The notes beneath the pieces are model-generated. The model searched no databases, was not told the origin of the DNA, and saw nothing but the letters and a program-made list of their open reading frames with translations. The position numbers and the translations under genes were made by a program. Shown here piece after piece: positions 61,930 to 64,000 of a stretch of DNA of 64,000 bases. Origin of the DNA: Eutreptiella sp. 'Long Island Sound 2002' (lineage: Eukaryota; Protista; Euglenida). Positions within the stretch are counted from its first letter, which is position 1. Each line of letters opens with the position of its first letter. The stretch lies in the NCBI GenBank assembly GCA_964036045.1, contig OZ038379.1, positions 7,378,001 to 7,442,000 of the forward strand, read 5' to 3'.

Positions 61930-61988
61930 CCAGTGAGCCGAGGCAAGCATTGTTTAGTATTGTTTCGTGCATGCACTAGGGTTAAACT
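61930..61988 (+). repeat. Split direct repeat B2 (3' terminus)
   Basis: 59 nt, identical to B1. Confidence 0.97.
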
Positions 61989-62503
61989 TAAGGTTTTGTA
62001 TTTGTCTCTTGAAGCAAGGATGAACATAAACCATCCGAGTGTCACGCATCATGAAGCTTTGAGGACATGGATGGGCTGCATGTGTCTCACCCGCATATTG
62101 TGCTTTGGAATCAACGCAAAATGATGGAGTGCAAGCACCGATGTTAGTAGCAAGTGTCATAAAGTTCAATTGCATAGTACGTAGGTGTTTGCCCTCATGC
62201 TGTAAATGCTAAAGGGAGGGCATTTCAATACTTTTGCACCCACCGTAAACCCAATTGTCTGCTCGTGCCGCTACTCCGTAGCTACTCCGCAAAAGTTCTT
62301 GTGTCATGACGCTACGCTTGTTAGTTCACAAAATCATTGTTTTCCATTATTTAAATTATGTATTATGTATGTTCATGTATTACATATTATTCATTTCGTT
62401 TATTTACATGTAAAACGTGCAAGTAACCCGTTTTACCGGCACGAAAACGGGCTATTAACCCGTTTTTCTCGGCCATGTAACCCGTTTTACTGCCGAAAAA
62501 ATA

Positions 62504-63081
62504 GGTGCTGTTTCTATTTTGTTTTTGGTTGCAAAGGCAATGCCATAGACTCCGGGTACCATGGACGCATCCCTACAACCCTTGGACTCGAGTCCGGAGA
62601 CTCCACCCCAATAGGCTATGGTCCGACAGTCCAATCCCCCATCGTCCTCAGCATATGTATGCCTTGCAACAGAAGACATATTAAGGATGACTCTATGTAT
62701 CTGGCATATTCATCACCAAGACCATGTCTTATGTGACTGCACTACATTTGGTACCGAATTCAAGTAGGTTTGAAATAAATACGGTCCCTACTTACTGTGG
62801 CATGGACAAGGGCGTGGCTATGACAAAGGCGAGGGGTACCTTGTTTGACACAGCCACCTACCATGAGCTACTGCATCACTACTACGGAAACCTACTATGG
62901 AAAGGCACACAAACGGTGTTGTTTCTATTTTGTTCCTAGTTGCAAAGGCAATGCCTCAGACTCCGGGTACCATGGACGCATCCCTACAACCCTTGGACTC
63001 GAGTCCGGAGACTCCACCCCAATAGGCTATGGTTCGACAGTCCAATCCCCCATCGTCCTCAGCATATGTTTGCCTTGCAAC
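62504..63081. repeat. Direct duplication of about 167 bp (62504-62670 and 62915-63081)
   Basis: GTTTCTATTTTG...GACTCCGGGTACCATGGACGCATCCC...GCCTTGCAAC is present twice. Confidence 0.93.
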
Positions 63082-63470
63082 GCCAAGCGCAGGGAGCAAA
63101 AATTCAGAAGTGGTCCCCAACAAAGGGGAGCAAAATCAGAAGTGGCTACCTCACCCCTGCCTTCTCGGGGGCCAAAAAGGGGGCGGAAATGCTATGGTGC
63201 CCCTGCATTCTCGGGGATCCCCAACGCCAAGCGCGGGGAGCAAAAATTCAGAAGTGGTCACCAACAAAGGGGAACAAAATCAGAAGTGGCTACCTCACCC
63301 CTGCCTTCTCGGGGGCCCAAAAGAGGGCGGGTATGCTTTGTCACCCCATTCTCGGGGATCCCCAACACCAAGCGCGGGGAGCAAAAATTCAGAAGTGGTC
63401 CCCAATAAAGTAGAACTAAATCAGAAGTGGCTACCTCACCCCTGCCTTCATGGGGGCCCAAAAGAGGGTG
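63082..63470. repeat. Tandem array of the GGGGATCCCC repeat family (higher-order unit about 140 bp, roughly three copies), inverted relative to 4060-4292
   Basis: CAACGCCAAGCGCGGGGAGCAAAAATTCAGAAGTGG...TCAGAAGTGGCTACCTCACCCCTGCCTTC recurs. Confidence 0.92.
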
Positions 63471-64000
63471 ACGTATTCTTTGTGGCGTTTTGGCGACATT
63501 CTCGAATCCCCTCGTAATTCCATTTGAGTCCACACGGGCAAGGGAATGGTGACACAAGTGGGCGGTCAGGTTCACGCAAGCCGGGGGTCAGAACCCGCTC
63601 CCCAGTCGCCACGTGTGAAACCGAAACAGGGCATTCCCGCAGACATACAAATGAACCCACGAGGCACACGCAGAGCGTTGCTAAAGGGTGGGGCTGAGCT
63701 GTGCGGGGGGGACCCCAACCCCGCAGAGGATTGTGAGGCCTTTGTCTTCACATGGGACGGGGCACAACAAACCCGACTGAAACCCCCCGTTCCCAGAAGA
63801 CCAACAAATGCCATACTACTGCAGCTGTACATTGGGGGGGGGGGGGGTGGCAGGACAGGGCAGACAGGGGACTAGGGCCCGAACCCACTCCCATGTCCCA
63901 TCTCCACCCGCGCTTCTTATTGCCATCCCTGACCGTCCTTGTCGGCCAATGGACAATGCGGCCCAATCACTTACCGGGGGCTTTGGGGGGGGTGTTAGAT

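Larger units (their letters stand above)
56691..61988 (+). mobile_element. Full-length tyrosine-recombinase (DIRS-order) retrotransposon, VIPER/TATE-like gene order gag-YR-RT-RNaseH, split direct repeats, no TSD
   Basis: Boundaries are fixed by the empty site (TTGGGAGCCT|TAAGGTTTTG). Repeats are A1 56691-56759, B1 61412-61470, A2 61471-61539 and B2 61930-61988. All catalytic motifs are present. Confidence 0.95.
55655..62328. repeat. Right arm of the inverted duplication, split by the 5298-bp YR retrotransposon
   Basis: The flanks 55655-56690 and 61989-62328 are collinear with the reverse complement of 52291-53607. Confidence 0.95.

Overview
This is repeat-rich eukaryotic nuclear DNA with canonical GT-AG introns of roughly 0.6-2.3 kb. 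A euglenozoan (possibly euglenid) source is inferred, not shown, from a VIPER/TATE-type retroelement, TTAGGG relics and a probable plastid-targeted MIP-type FKBP. Two host genes can be reconstructed: YIF1 (2 exons, 9671-11996, +) and a bacterial-type FKBP_N+FKBP_C isomerase (about 26713-29384, +). Five phase-compatible minus-strand exons (49270 to about 43107) encode tandem BRCT domains fused to an ATP-dependent DNA ligase motif I. A decayed pyruvate:ferredoxin/NADP+ oxidoreductase fragment carries a duplicated exon. Mobile DNA includes a complete hAT element (21277-24617, 14-bp TIRs, 8-bp TSD), LINE relics and many tandem or dispersed repeats. The main finding is a full-length 5298-bp tyrosine-recombinase retrotransposon (gag-YR-RT-RNaseH) with split direct repeats (A1...B1-A2...B2). 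It sits in one arm of a 1.3-kb inverted duplication, so the other arm preserves the exact empty site. Joining its two ends creates a 20-bp-stem hairpin, and the integration breakpoint lies next to the only mismatch in the consensus stem. This suggests integration through a folded single-stranded junction.
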